Assembly (NCBI GenBank): GCA_035642255.1
Contig: DASQSS010000229.1
Coordinates: 1-51,589, forward strand
Direction of reading: 5' to 3'
Length of the DNA stretch: 51,589 nt
DNA from: Ktedonobacterales bacterium
Lineage (GTDB): Bacteria; Chloroflexota; Ktedonobacteria; Ktedonobacterales; JADMIN01
The notes under the pieces were generated by a model. The model saw only the letters and a list, made by a program, of their open reading frames with translations, was not told the origin of the DNA and ran no database searches. Position 1 is the stretch's first letter, and each line of letters opens with the position of its first letter. Below are positions 1 to 9,298 of this stretch, piece after piece. Position numbers and translations under genes: made by a program.

Positions 1-716
1 GCGACGACCTTTACGTCCGCCCCAAGCTTTTCGCAGATCGCGGCCATCTCGTTGATGAAGGAGATCTTCGTCGCCAGAAAGGCGTTCGAGGCGTACTTGA
101 TCATCTCGGCGGTGTAGAGATCGGTGATGACGATCGGCGCGCGCAGCGGCACATAAAGCTCGCCAACGCGCCGCGCCGCCGCCTGATCATAGGAGCCAAG
201 CACGACGCGATCTGGCTGCAGGAAGTCGCGCACGGCGGAGCCTTCGCGCAGGAACTCCGGATTGGAGACGACCGAGATGGTCAGGTCCGGATTGCGCAGG
301 TTCTTGCGGGCGATAGCCGAGACCAGATCACCGCTGCCAACGGGCATCGTGCTCTTGTTGATGATGATCAGGTCGCCCGTCGCATGCTCGGCGATGGATC
401 CCGCGGCGTTCTCCACATAGGTCATGTCGGCGGCGGCGCCATTCGCGATGGAGGGCGTGTTCACCGCGATGAAGCAATAGTCTGCGTCGCCGACTGCCTC
501 AGCATAGTTGGTGGTGAAGCGCAAACGGCCCTTGGCGACGTTGCGGCGCACCAGCGGCTCCAGCCCTGGCTCATAGATGGGCATCTCACCAGCGCGCAAC
601 CGGGCGATCTTCGCCTCAACGATGTCAAGGCAGACGACTTCATTCCCCAGATCGGCCAGACAGGCGCCTGTTACGAGCCCAACATAACCCGTGCCGACAA
701 CACAGACTTTCTTCAT
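1..716 (-). CDS. ugd: UDP-glucose 6-dehydrogenase (N-terminal part; the 3' end runs off the left edge)
   Basis: Not in the ORF track because it has no stop inside the window. My minus-strand translation from the ATG at 716-714 reads [56 protein letters not shown]...[10 protein letters not shown]...[15 protein letters not shown]...[35 protein letters not shown]. That shows the Rossmann GxGxxG and the conserved UDP-sugar dehydrogenase core. Confidence 0.85.
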   Translation of the reverse strand, partial: MKKVCVVGTGYVGLVTGACLADLGNEVVCLDIVEAKIARLRAGEMPIYEPGLEPLVRRNVAKGRLRFTTNYAEAVGDADYCFIAVNTPSIANGAAADMTYVENAAGSIAEHATGDLIIINKSTMPVGSGDLVSAIARKNLRNPDLTISVVSNPEFLREGSAVRDFLQPDRVVLGSYDQAAARRVGELYVPLRAPIVITDLYTAEMIKYASNAFLATKISFINEMAAICEKLGADVKVV

Positions 717-1097
717 GCTACTCCCCTGGACACCTATCTCCTACACGTGTCCGCATGCCTGGGCTCGATGTGCGCCCAGGCGTCACGCTGGATGAAACTG
801 TATGCCATTGTACTCGATTCGGTCAAAGCCGTCGCCTCCCATAGTACACCCGAAGTGTATGGCCAAACCATAGGTGACATCCACATCATCATGCGGCTCA
901 CGCCAAGCGCGACCGTGCTGGGATGGAGGCGCGCCGCGCTGTGGTCGGGTAGTCTGACTCCAATGACGACGTCATAGTTGCGCGTATTCCAACTCAAGAC
1001 GATAATAGGCTGTGGGCGCCATCGGTAGGCGCCGTTGCCGGGCTGCCGTGGACTGGTGTGCATAACGCTGTCCCCAGACTGGGAGGACGTCGAACGT

Positions 1098-2279
1098 ATG
1101 CTAAGCGCCCTTGCGCAGGGGATAGCGTCACATCCTCTGGGATATATCATTCTCAACATTGACCCAATCCTGTTCAGGCTCGGCCCGCTTGCCGTCCACT
1201 GGTATGGGCTGGCTTACGTGCTGGCCATCGCGATCGGGCTTGCCGTCATCCTGCGCTGGGCGCGCAAGATGGGGCTGCACGAGGATCAGATCTGGGGACT
1301 GTTCATCTGGGCCGCCATCGCTGGACTCGTCGGCGGTAGGCTCTACTTTGTCATCCAGCAGCCCGATCTGGTGCAGAACTATCTGCTCAATCCGATCAAC
1401 ATCATCGCCGTGTGGAACGGTGGCATGGCTTTCTTTGGCGCCATCTTCCTCGCCTCGCTGACCCTCTTCATCATCGGCCCGCGCTATGGCATTGATCGCT
1501 GGCTGGTCATCGACGGCGGCGCGCTCTTCGGCGCCGTCGGCCAGATCTTCGGACGCTTCGGCAACATCGTCAACGGCGACATACTTGGCTATCAGGCGGG
1601 GCAGCTCGTCACCCCGCCGCACGGCTTGTGCCTGAACTCCCCGTGCGTGGCCTACGTCTCTGACCCACATGTGCTGTCCTGGGCGCTGGTCTATCTCAAC
1701 CCCAACAGCTTTGCTCCGCAGGGCATCCCGTTCCAGCCCGCGCAGATCTATGAGATTCTGCTGAATCTCGTTGCGCTGGCGCTCCTGTGGCCGCTGCGCC
1801 TGATGCTGCCCCATATCAAAACGGGCGTCTTCTTCGCCTTCTACGTCATGCTCTATGCGATCAGCCAGTTCGTCGTGTTCTTCTTCCGTGGAACGGAGCC
1901 GATCACGCCATTCCTCGGTGTCGACAGCCTCAAGCAGGCGCAGTGGACGGCAATCTTCTTCTTCATCGGCGCAGTCGCGCTGCTGGCGCTGGCGCGGCGA
2001 TTTGGCATCGCATGGCCGTTTAGCGAAGAGAAGCCCTTGCCGCTGCCGCTGCCCGCTGGCGGCTTGAACGAGGCGCTGAATAGCGCATGGAAGGCGCAAG
2101 CGCTGGCATTGCAGGAGCACCCACCCGCGCCGCCTTTCGTCCGGCGGCAGATCCGCCCCGCGCCTGTGGCGACGCCGAATGACCTGGCCGACTGGCGCCA
2201 GGGTGACTCTCGCTACGGCGCGCTCCGCAATGACTTCAGCGCGCGGGAATCATCCGTGAGCGCCAGAGACGAAGCATAG
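1098..2279 (+). CDS. lgt: Prolipoprotein diacylglyceryl transferase with a Pro-rich C-terminal tail
   Basis: ORF 1035..2279. The translation contains PILFRLGPLAVHWYGLAYVLAIAIG, GGRLYFVIQQ, NIIAVWNGGMAFFGAIF and GQIFGRFGNIVNGD, which are typical Lgt blocks. I prefer the ATG at 1098, which has GGGAGG 11 nt upstream, over the upstream alternative start. Confidence 0.85.
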   Translation: MLSALAQGIASHPLGYIILNIDPILFRLGPLAVHWYGLAYVLAIAIGLAVILRWARKMGLHEDQIWGLFIWAAIAGLVGGRLYFVIQQPDLVQNYLLNPINIIAVWNGGMAFFGAIFLASLTLFIIGPRYGIDRWLVIDGGALFGAVGQIFGRFGNIVNGDILGYQAGQLVTPPHGLCLNSPCVAYVSDPHVLSWALVYLNPNSFAPQGIPFQPAQIYEILLNLVALALLWPLRLMLPHIKTGVFFAFYVMLYAISQFVVFFFRGTEPITPFLGVDSLKQAQWTAIFFFIGAVALLALARRFGIAWPFSEEKPLPLPLPAGGLNEALNSAWKAQALALQEHPPAPPFVRRQIRPAPVATPNDLADWRQGDSRYGALRNDFSARESSVSARDEA

Positions 2280-2340
2280 CCTATCGAGGACGCGCTATGA
2301 AGCTGAACATAACCGCGCCGCGCGCAGGGAAAGCAGAGAG

Positions 2341-2991
2341 ATGATGGATGACCTGACCACGCCCGCGCCTCAGCCAGACTGCCCCTTCTGCCGGAGGAGC
2401 AATCTGGAGGTGACGCTGACGGAGACGCCATCCTTCTACCTGCTCGCCGACCATGCGCCGCTGGTCGCGGGCCATCTGCTGATCGTCCCGCGCTCCCACT
2501 ATGCCTGCTACGGCGCCGTGCCTGCCCGCCTGGACGCCGAGCTGCTGGAACTGAAGGAGACCACGCGGCGCTTCCTCAGCGAGGTCTACCACGTTCCCAC
2601 GTTCTTCGAGCATGGCATATTTCGCCAGACGGTCTTTCACGCGCACTTGCATGCCATGCCGTTTGGGCCGGTCGCATGGGATCTGCTGGGCATGGCCGAA
2701 AGCACCGGCGGTGTCGCCTGCCACAGTCAGGACGACCTACGCGCGTGGTATGCCGAGCGCGGCCAATACTTCTATCTGGAGACCCCTGGCGACGTCGAGC
2801 GCGACTCACCGCCACAGGCGGCCATTCTGCCCCCAGAGATGGGCGTCTATGGGCGGGCGCTCTCGACTCTGCATCAGCTCACCAATGCGCGTGAGGGCTG
2901 GTCGCCTCCCCAGCTGCGCTATGCGACACGCGGCCCCAAGCTTCGAGCGCTCGCAGCCGCCTGGAACGCCTGGCGCGCTCAGGCGGAGTAG
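2341..2991 (+). CDS. HIT-family (histidine triad) protein with a roughly 100-aa C-terminal extension
   Basis: N-terminal CPFC, GHLLIVPRSHY and the triad HAHLHAMP (HxHxHxx). At 216 aa it is longer than canonical HIT proteins. Confidence 0.7.
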   Translation: MMDDLTTPAPQPDCPFCRRSNLEVTLTETPSFYLLADHAPLVAGHLLIVPRSHYACYGAVPARLDAELLELKETTRRFLSEVYHVPTFFEHGIFRQTVFHAHLHAMPFGPVAWDLLGMAESTGGVACHSQDDLRAWYAERGQYFYLETPGDVERDSPPQAAILPPEMGVYGRALSTLHQLTNAREGWSPPQLRYATRGPKLRALAAAWNAWRAQAE

Positions 2992-4301
2992 TGTCCGCTC
3001 GTAGGTGGCTGGTCAGCCAGCAGCCGCTGCGCCAGTCGGTTCGCTAGCCGGATGCTGTAGTTCTGGCCGCGATCCTGTGGGTACACCTGAAACATGTTGG
3101 CGACGTAGAGGTTGGGGATTGGTGTCTCGTGTGGCGGGATGTGGCCGGCGTATTCGCGGGTGACGATGGGCTGCGCCCATGGCGCCGCGAAGCCCCACAT
3201 CGCTGTGATCCACTCCCGCTGAAAGTCAGGATTGAGCCGCAGGATGCCGGGTAGATAGCGATCGAGCGCCTGCTCAGGTGTCTCGCGCAGCACGGGATGG
3301 CTCATTGGCACATAATTGCCAAAGTAGACGAGCCTTCGTCCGCCGTAGTCCTCCGGGCCGATGAAATTTGTATGCTCGATGGCGTTGAGGAACGGATAGC
3401 CCTCGTCGCCGATAGCCAGCCAGTAGATCTGTTTGGGCAGCAAGGGTCGGTTGAGCGCCAGAATCAGGCAGTGCGCGCCGTACGCTTCGCCCCACTCGTA
3501 GCGCGCCCGGTAGTCCGCTGGCAGGTCGGGCGCCAGGCGGCAGGTGATGCGCGTGGGTAGCGTGGAGATGACGCGAGTGAAGGTTTCGTCGCCCTGTGTG
3601 GACGTGACGCGCAGCCCGCGCCCCTCCGGACGAATCGCCTGAACCTCGACGCCGAGACGCATCTCGCCGCCGCGTGACTCGATCCCGGCGACCAGCCCAT
3701 CGTATATCTGCTGGAAGCCACCGAGGAGATAGCCCAGCCGCAAGGTGCGATAGTGCGCGCGCGCCCACATCCACGGCATGGCGATGTCATCCGCGCGCTC
3801 GCCAAACTTGCCGACGAGCATCGGCTTCCAGATCGTCTCGTAGGCGCGCGACCCCATCCAGCGCGAGAGCCAGCGCGCCGCTGTGCTCCCCGCTAGAGGC
3901 TCGGGCGAGGGCAGAAATTTGAGGACAGCGCCGCCCGCGCCGAGGCGCAGACGATCGAGCAGGGGCAGCGGCGCCAGCGAGAGTATGGAGCGAGGATCGC
4001 TGTCGAGCCGGTAGGGCTTGCCGTCGATCAGCATGCTGCTGTTGGGGGTGCGCCAGGTGAGCTTTGCGCCCAGTCCTAGCTCCTCAATGAGCGCGATGGC
4101 GTCGCGATCTGTCGCGAAGAGGTGATGATAGAATTTCTCAAGCCAGGGGCCTTGCTCGCCGACACGAAAGCCTGCCGCCAATCCCCCTGCCTCGGCCTCG
4201 CGCTCGAAAACGACCACCCGTTCGCCCGCCTGCGTCAATCGCCATGCCAGGGTCAATCCGAGCGCCCCGCCACCCAAAATCGCCGTACTCTGCGCAGTCA
4301 T
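2979..4301 (-). CDS. NAD(P)/FAD-dependent oxidoreductase (amine-oxidase / phytoene-desaturase-like fold)
   Basis: N-terminal dinucleotide-binding motif AILGGGALGLTLAWRLTQAGERVVVFEREAEAGGLAAGF. 440 aa. The specific substrate cannot be read from the sequence. Confidence 0.7.
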   Translation of the reverse strand: MTAQSTAILGGGALGLTLAWRLTQAGERVVVFEREAEAGGLAAGFRVGEQGPWLEKFYHHLFATDRDAIALIEELGLGAKLTWRTPNSSMLIDGKPYRLDSDPRSILSLAPLPLLDRLRLGAGGAVLKFLPSPEPLAGSTAARWLSRWMGSRAYETIWKPMLVGKFGERADDIAMPWMWARAHYRTLRLGYLLGGFQQIYDGLVAGIESRGGEMRLGVEVQAIRPEGRGLRVTSTQGDETFTRVISTLPTRITCRLAPDLPADYRARYEWGEAYGAHCLILALNRPLLPKQIYWLAIGDEGYPFLNAIEHTNFIGPEDYGGRRLVYFGNYVPMSHPVLRETPEQALDRYLPGILRLNPDFQREWITAMWGFAAPWAQPIVTREYAGHIPPHETPIPNLYVANMFQVYPQDRGQNYSIRLANRLAQRLLADQPPTSGHYSA

Positions 4302-4397
4302 TCCGCCATCCTGTAGCTCATCGCCAACGCCGCTCAGAACGCAGTATAGCGCGTTCGCGTCCTTGCGAACACCTCTTCATGGCGTCTCAGGGGTAGC

Positions 4398-5687
4398 TCA
4401 GGCGGCGGCGGAGGCGGCGGGCGTCGCCAGCGCCACCGGCGGGATGCGTCGCAGCAGCAGCGCCACACCGAGCGCCAAAACCACTAGCGCGCTCAACATC
4501 GCGACCACGCCTGGCCAGTGGTACGACGACCATGCGAAGCCGCCTGTCGCGCCGACCACGCTGGAGCCTGTGTAGTAGAAGAAGAAGTAGAGCGCCGAGG
4601 CCTGCGCCTTGCCGGTCAGCGCGCGCTTGCCCACCCAGCTCGTCGCGATTGAGTGGGTCGCGAAGAAGCCAAAGGTGAAGATGGCGACGCCGAGCAGCAC
4701 GAGCGCTAACGGGAGGAACAGAGTCACCGCCAGCCCCGCGAGCATCAGCGCTGGACCCATCCAGAGCGTCTGGCGGCGGCCGATGCGATCGGCGAGGCGA
4801 CCCATCCAGGTGGAGCTGAATGTGCCGACGAGGTAGATCACGAAGATGCCGCCCACCAGCGTCTGGCTGAGGTGGTAGGGCGCGGCGACCAGGCGGAAGC
4901 TGATGTAGTTGTAGACGGTGATGAAGCTGCCCATCGCCAGGAATCCAGCCGCGTAGAGCAGCAGCAGTCCCGGATCACGTAGCCGCGCCACGAGCGAGAG
5001 CGCCAGCGCGCGTGGCTCGAACGCGCGCGGCTGAAAGTGACGCGAGGGCGGCAGCAGCCACATGAATGCGACGCCCAGCAGCGCCGCGAGGACACCAACG
5101 ACCAGCAGCGCCGCCCGCCAGGAGAAGGCGTCAGTCAGCGCGCCGACGAGGAATCGTCCACTCATCCCGCCGATCGTCGTGCCGCTAATGTACAGTCCGA
5201 CAGCCAGGCCATACGACTCCCTGTCCGTCTCCTCCGCCAGATACGCGAGGATCGTCGAGGGCACGCCGGAGAGCGCAATACCTTCCAACGTTCGCAGGAT
5301 GAGGAGCGCCGTGTAGTTTGGGCTGGCGGGGAGCAACAACTGGAAAAGCGCGGCGGCGAAGAGCGAGACGATCATCAGGCGCGTGCGACCCCAGACCTCT
5401 GAAAGGCTGCTCATTACCAACATCGCGATGGCCATCCCAGCGGTGGGCAGCGAGACACTCAGGCTCGCCATGACCGGCGAAAGCGCGAACTGGTGTGAGA
5501 GGTCGGGCAGTACGGGCTGCGTGCAGTAGAGGATCGAGAAGATGCCGCATCCCGCCAGGAACATCGCCAGATTGGCGCGGCGAAATGCGACGGAGCCGCG
5601 CCGCAGGTACGACACGTCCACTCCTAGTGATGGCATACTCCCTGTCCGTCGCCGCTTCGCGCTCTCAGAAGCCTCAACAGTCGCCAT
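4398..5687 (-). CDS. MFS transporter (YnfM-like)
   Basis: 429 aa with about 12 hydrophobic segments. The N-terminus FLAGCGIFSILYCTQPVLPDLSHQFALSPVMASLSVSLPT resembles the YnfM subfamily. GAGAGG RBS ahead of the ATG at 5687. Divergent from a LysR gene. Confidence 0.8.
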   Translation of the reverse strand: MATVEASESAKRRRTGSMPSLGVDVSYLRRGSVAFRRANLAMFLAGCGIFSILYCTQPVLPDLSHQFALSPVMASLSVSLPTAGMAIAMLVMSSLSEVWGRTRLMIVSLFAAALFQLLLPASPNYTALLILRTLEGIALSGVPSTILAYLAEETDRESYGLAVGLYISGTTIGGMSGRFLVGALTDAFSWRAALLVVGVLAALLGVAFMWLLPPSRHFQPRAFEPRALALSLVARLRDPGLLLLYAAGFLAMGSFITVYNYISFRLVAAPYHLSQTLVGGIFVIYLVGTFSSTWMGRLADRIGRRQTLWMGPALMLAGLAVTLFLPLALVLLGVAIFTFGFFATHSIATSWVGKRALTGKAQASALYFFFYYTGSSVVGATGGFAWSSYHWPGVVAMLSALVVLALGVALLLRRIPPVALATPAASAAA

Positions 5688-5755
5688 GCCATCCTCTCGA
5701 TCAGGCTTATCGCTAGCATCCGGGCGGCGTCGTGGTCACAACGCCTTTCCTCTCA

Positions 5756-5777
5756 GCATAGTCGCTAGAACCTATGC
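5756..5777. promoter_or_regulatory. Candidate LysR-type operator: inverted repeat GCATAG-N10-CTATGC in the MFS/LysR divergent intergenic region
   Basis: The perfect 6-bp arms were read directly. The site sits in the AT-richer 177-bp region between the divergent MFS and LysR genes, where LTTR boxes (dyads containing T-N11-A) normally lie. Confidence 0.35.
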
Positions 5778-5864
5778 AGTCCAATTGACATTTGTTACTA
5801 TACTGATGCGCGAGGCGCATGAATAACTCTGGCGCGGCAGCGGGTTTGTGGCCATTGGAGGCGC

Positions 5865-6767
5865 ATGGTGGAGTGGCAGCAGCTAGAATATTTTCAGGTT
5901 GTCGCGCAGACCGAGCACTTCACGCGCGCCGCTGAGCGACTCTCGCTCTCACAGCCCGCGCTCAGCCGGGCGATGGCGCGGCTGGAGGCGGAGCTGGGCG
6001 CGCCGCTCTTCGAGCGACAGGGGCGGCGTGTGCGCCTCACGCGCTACGGGCGCGCCTTCCTGGTCCATGTGGAGCGTGCGCTCCAGGCGGTGGAGGCGGG
6101 CAAGCGCGAGATCGCGGATATGGCTGGCCCGGAGCGCGGCGTGGTGGCGCTGGCGTTCCTCAAGACGCTGGGAAATCGGATGTTGCCCGACGCGCTGCGC
6201 GCTTTCCGTGATGAACACCCTCAGGTGCGGTTTCAGTTGACGCAAAGCCACGCTTCAGCGCTACTCGATCTGCTCACGAGCGGCGAGGTGGACCTCTGCC
6301 TCTTTTCGCCGCCGGAGGACCGTCCGGGCATGCGTTGGGCGCCGCTGCTGACCGAGGATCTATATGTCGTCGCAGCCGCCAATCATCCGCTCGCCAGCCG
6401 TGAGTCTGTCGCGCTGGCGGAACTGGCGGATGAGCCGCTGATCCTGCTGAAGCCGGGCTATGGCATGCGCCGCATCACCGATGCGCTCTGCCGCGAAGCT
6501 GGCTTCACGCCGCGCATCGCGTTTGAAGGTGAGGATGCCGCGACGGTGACAGGTCTGGCCAGCGCGGGCCTTGGAGTTGGCTTTATTCCCGCGCTGGCCG
6601 CGAGCGAACGATCCGATGTGCGCTACTTGCGCGTCAGCGCGCCGCGCGCCGAGCGCATCATCGCGCTCGCCTGGATGGAGGCGCGCTATCTCTCAGCGGC
6701 GGCGACCCTCTTCCGCGACTTCACGCTGGCCTACTTCACGCGGTTGAGCCAGCAAGCGGAACGCTAG
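5865..6767 (+). CDS. LysR-family transcriptional regulator
   Basis: N-terminal HTH LEYFQVVAQTEHFTRAAERLSLSQPALSRAMARLEAELGAPLFERQGRRVRLT plus a LysR substrate-binding-type C-terminal domain. 300 aa. Confidence 0.9.
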   Translation: MVEWQQLEYFQVVAQTEHFTRAAERLSLSQPALSRAMARLEAELGAPLFERQGRRVRLTRYGRAFLVHVERALQAVEAGKREIADMAGPERGVVALAFLKTLGNRMLPDALRAFRDEHPQVRFQLTQSHASALLDLLTSGEVDLCLFSPPEDRPGMRWAPLLTEDLYVVAAANHPLASRESVALAELADEPLILLKPGYGMRRITDALCREAGFTPRIAFEGEDAATVTGLASAGLGVGFIPALAASERSDVRYLRVSAPRAERIIALAWMEARYLSAAATLFRDFTLAYFTRLSQQAER

Positions 6768-7017
6768 CTCCGCCGCTCATACGTCGCCGCTGTTGGTCAC
6801 CGCCGAACAGACGAGGTCGGACATGATCGGATGGGAGCGGCTAGTTCACTTCATCCGGCCCCCGATTCCGGTTGGAGTCGCGGGCTGCGCCGACTGCTCT
6901 GAGGCGCGCCGTGGTATCATACCTGCCAGTATCGTTCATGCTAGACGGCTTGCTCCAGATCGAGGAGATGCGCGCACGGGAGTCGATTCGCTGTGGCGCG
7001 CCAGACAGGAGGCCGTT

Positions 7018-7818
7018 ATGGGTCCGAACCTGGAAGACGTCGAGATCGGGCCAGCAACAACGTCAGCCGCAGGATTCCACTGGGAGCCGAGCCCCAGGCA
7101 TGTGCGCGCCCTCTTCAACGGCGAAACGGTCGCCGATAGTCGACGAGTGATGCTGCTGATTGAGCCGCGGCGCCTGCCAGTCTTCTATTTCCCCTTCGAG
7201 GACGTGCGCCGTGACTGGATGGAGCCGACCGACTATCATACGTTCTCGCCGCTCAAAGGTGAGGCCTCGTACTGGTCGCTCCGCGTCGGCGACCGTGCCG
7301 CAGAAAACGCGGCGTGGAGCTATCCCAACCCACCCGCAGATGGCCCTGCGGTCGCCGGGTACATCGCCTTCTACTGGAACAAGCTTGATTCGTGGTACGA
7401 GGAGGATGAGCGAGCCTACGCGCACGCCCGCGACCCTTATAAGCTGATTGATACACGCCAAAGCTCGCGGCATGTCCGCATCGTGCTCGGCGAGACGACC
7501 ATAGCCGATACGCGGCGTCCTCTCCTGCTCTTCGAGACGGGCCTGCCGACGCGCTACTACATCCCGCAAGAGGATGTGCGGATGGACCTGCTGGAGTCCA
7601 GCGACCGCGTCACCGAATGCGCGTATAAAGGCCAGGCCACACATTGGCATGCGAAGATCGGCGACCAGATGTACCAGAATATCGCCTGGACCTATCGCCA
7701 GCCGACCACGCTGGCGGCGCCAATCGCTGGGATGATTTGCTTTTACAACGAGCGGCTCGATGCCCTCTATGACGATGACGTGCTGATGACCAAACCGAAG
7801 ACACAGTGGTCCGAGTAG
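7018..7818 (+). CDS. Protein with two tandem DUF427 domains
   Basis: Two internal repeats: HVRALFNGETVADSRR...FYFPFEDVR...KGEASYW...AWSYPNP...IAFYWNK and HVRIVLGETTIADTRR...RYYIPQEDVR...KGQATHW...AWTYRQP...ICFYNER. The start is set at the ATG at 7018 (CAGGAGG upstream). The 75-aa upstream extension in the ORF track looks non-coding. Confidence 0.75.
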   Translation: MGPNLEDVEIGPATTSAAGFHWEPSPRHVRALFNGETVADSRRVMLLIEPRRLPVFYFPFEDVRRDWMEPTDYHTFSPLKGEASYWSLRVGDRAAENAAWSYPNPPADGPAVAGYIAFYWNKLDSWYEEDERAYAHARDPYKLIDTRQSSRHVRIVLGETTIADTRRPLLLFETGLPTRYYIPQEDVRMDLLESSDRVTECAYKGQATHWHAKIGDQMYQNIAWTYRQPTTLAAPIAGMICFYNERLDALYDDDVLMTKPKTQWSE

Positions 7819-8086
7819 CCCGCGCAGGCAGGTTGATTCCTGCTGCGCCGCCACACTCCACACGCGGCCGATGTCGGGTGTGGAGTCGGCTCGAACATCT
7901 CTCGAACACCATGAGCGGGCGTTCAGCAATCGCCTGAACTTCAAAGGCCTGCTTGCGGATACGCCCTGGTACTCAGGCCAGCGGGGATGTGGTAGAGGCA
8001 TGACGCTTGGCGCCGCAGCCGGGACCAGGTCCAGATGACTCTCTCCGGTGGCCTAAACCCAACTGGACTGAGTATTAGCTCTGCCG

Positions 8087-9025
8087 CTAGCTCTGCCGTT
8101 CGACGGCGACGACGTTGTTGCGCAGCGCGCCAATGGCGTCGATCGCCGTCTCCATCACATCGCCTGGCTTCAGATATTCCTGTGGAACGCGAGCGTGGCC
8201 AACTCCGGCGGGCGTGCCGGTGGCGATGATGTCGCCGGGCTCCAGCGTCATCACCTCAGAGAGCGAGGCGATGATCGTCGGCACGTCGAAGATCATATGA
8301 GCAGTCGTATCCGCCTGCTTGATGGCGCCGTTGACGGTCAGGGTCAGATGAAGTGTGGTGGGGTCTGGGATCTCGTCCGCTGTGACAATCCAAGGGCCCA
8401 TTGGGCATGAGCCATCGAGGCTCTTGCCGGTGAACCACTGGAGTCCCGGCGCGTGTTGCAGGTCGCGCGCGCTCAGGTCATTGAGCACGGTATAGCCGAA
8501 GACATGGCTCAAGGCATCTTCCCGCCTGATGTGTCGCCCGGCCGAGCCGATGACGACCGCCAGCTCGACCTCCCAATCGAGCTTCTGGGTGACACTGGCA
8601 TCGAGCGGGATGTCGTCGTGCGGGCCGATGACGGTCGTGACGGCTTTGGTGAAGATATTCGGCCGTTGCTGTCCGACGGGCGCCTGCTCACCAGCGGCGC
8701 GCAATGACTCCGCGGCATGTTCAGCGTAGTTGCGTCCGACACAGAGGATGTTTTTCGAGGGGCGCGGAATGGGCGCGAGCAATTGCGCGCCGCTCAGCTT
8801 GATGGCCGACTCGTCTGGCGCGCGCTGGGCGAGTTGCCGAACACGCTCCAGCGCCTGTGGACCACTGGTGATCAGCGCGAGCATGTCGCGCAGGATGTCT
8901 GGGGCCTCGCGCGCCTCAGGCGCATTGAGGGTCGCCGCCGCGTGCGCCAGGTCAACCATCTCGCCATCGCGTGCGACTCCCAGGCGAACGCCGCCTTCAC
9001 TCGCGCGAAAACTCGCGATACGCAT
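8087..9025 (-). CDS. Fumarylacetoacetate hydrolase (FAH) family protein
   Basis: PSKILCVGRNYAEHA, LDWEVELAVVIG, GYTVLNDLSARD and GDIIATGTPAGVG are FAH-family hallmarks. GAGGAGAG RBS. Confidence 0.85.
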   Translation of the reverse strand: MRIASFRASEGGVRLGVARDGEMVDLAHAAATLNAPEAREAPDILRDMLALITSGPQALERVRQLAQRAPDESAIKLSGAQLLAPIPRPSKNILCVGRNYAEHAAESLRAAGEQAPVGQQRPNIFTKAVTTVIGPHDDIPLDASVTQKLDWEVELAVVIGSAGRHIRREDALSHVFGYTVLNDLSARDLQHAPGLQWFTGKSLDGSCPMGPWIVTADEIPDPTTLHLTLTVNGAIKQADTTAHMIFDVPTIIASLSEVMTLEPGDIIATGTPAGVGHARVPQEYLKPGDVMETAIDAIGALRNNVVAVERQS

Positions 9026-9298
9026 ACATCTCTCCTCGTTCTCTGATCTGCGCTGATTGCGCGCTTAGATCTGGCCGTGACGCGCGCCGCCGCACAGATG
9101 CGCTGAAAACGAGCGTCTATGGCCAGTCTATCATGCGAGCGACCAGCGACGCCCAGACGCTTGCTGGCGCCGTGAATGCGTATCCTGGTCGCTGGAATGG
9201 CTGCGCATGGGCGCGCTTAGGCCTTTGACTCGCTGATGGCGCGGCATTTGTTGATCTGAGGAGCGTCGGGCGGAGACGATAGAGCGGGGAGGATCACA

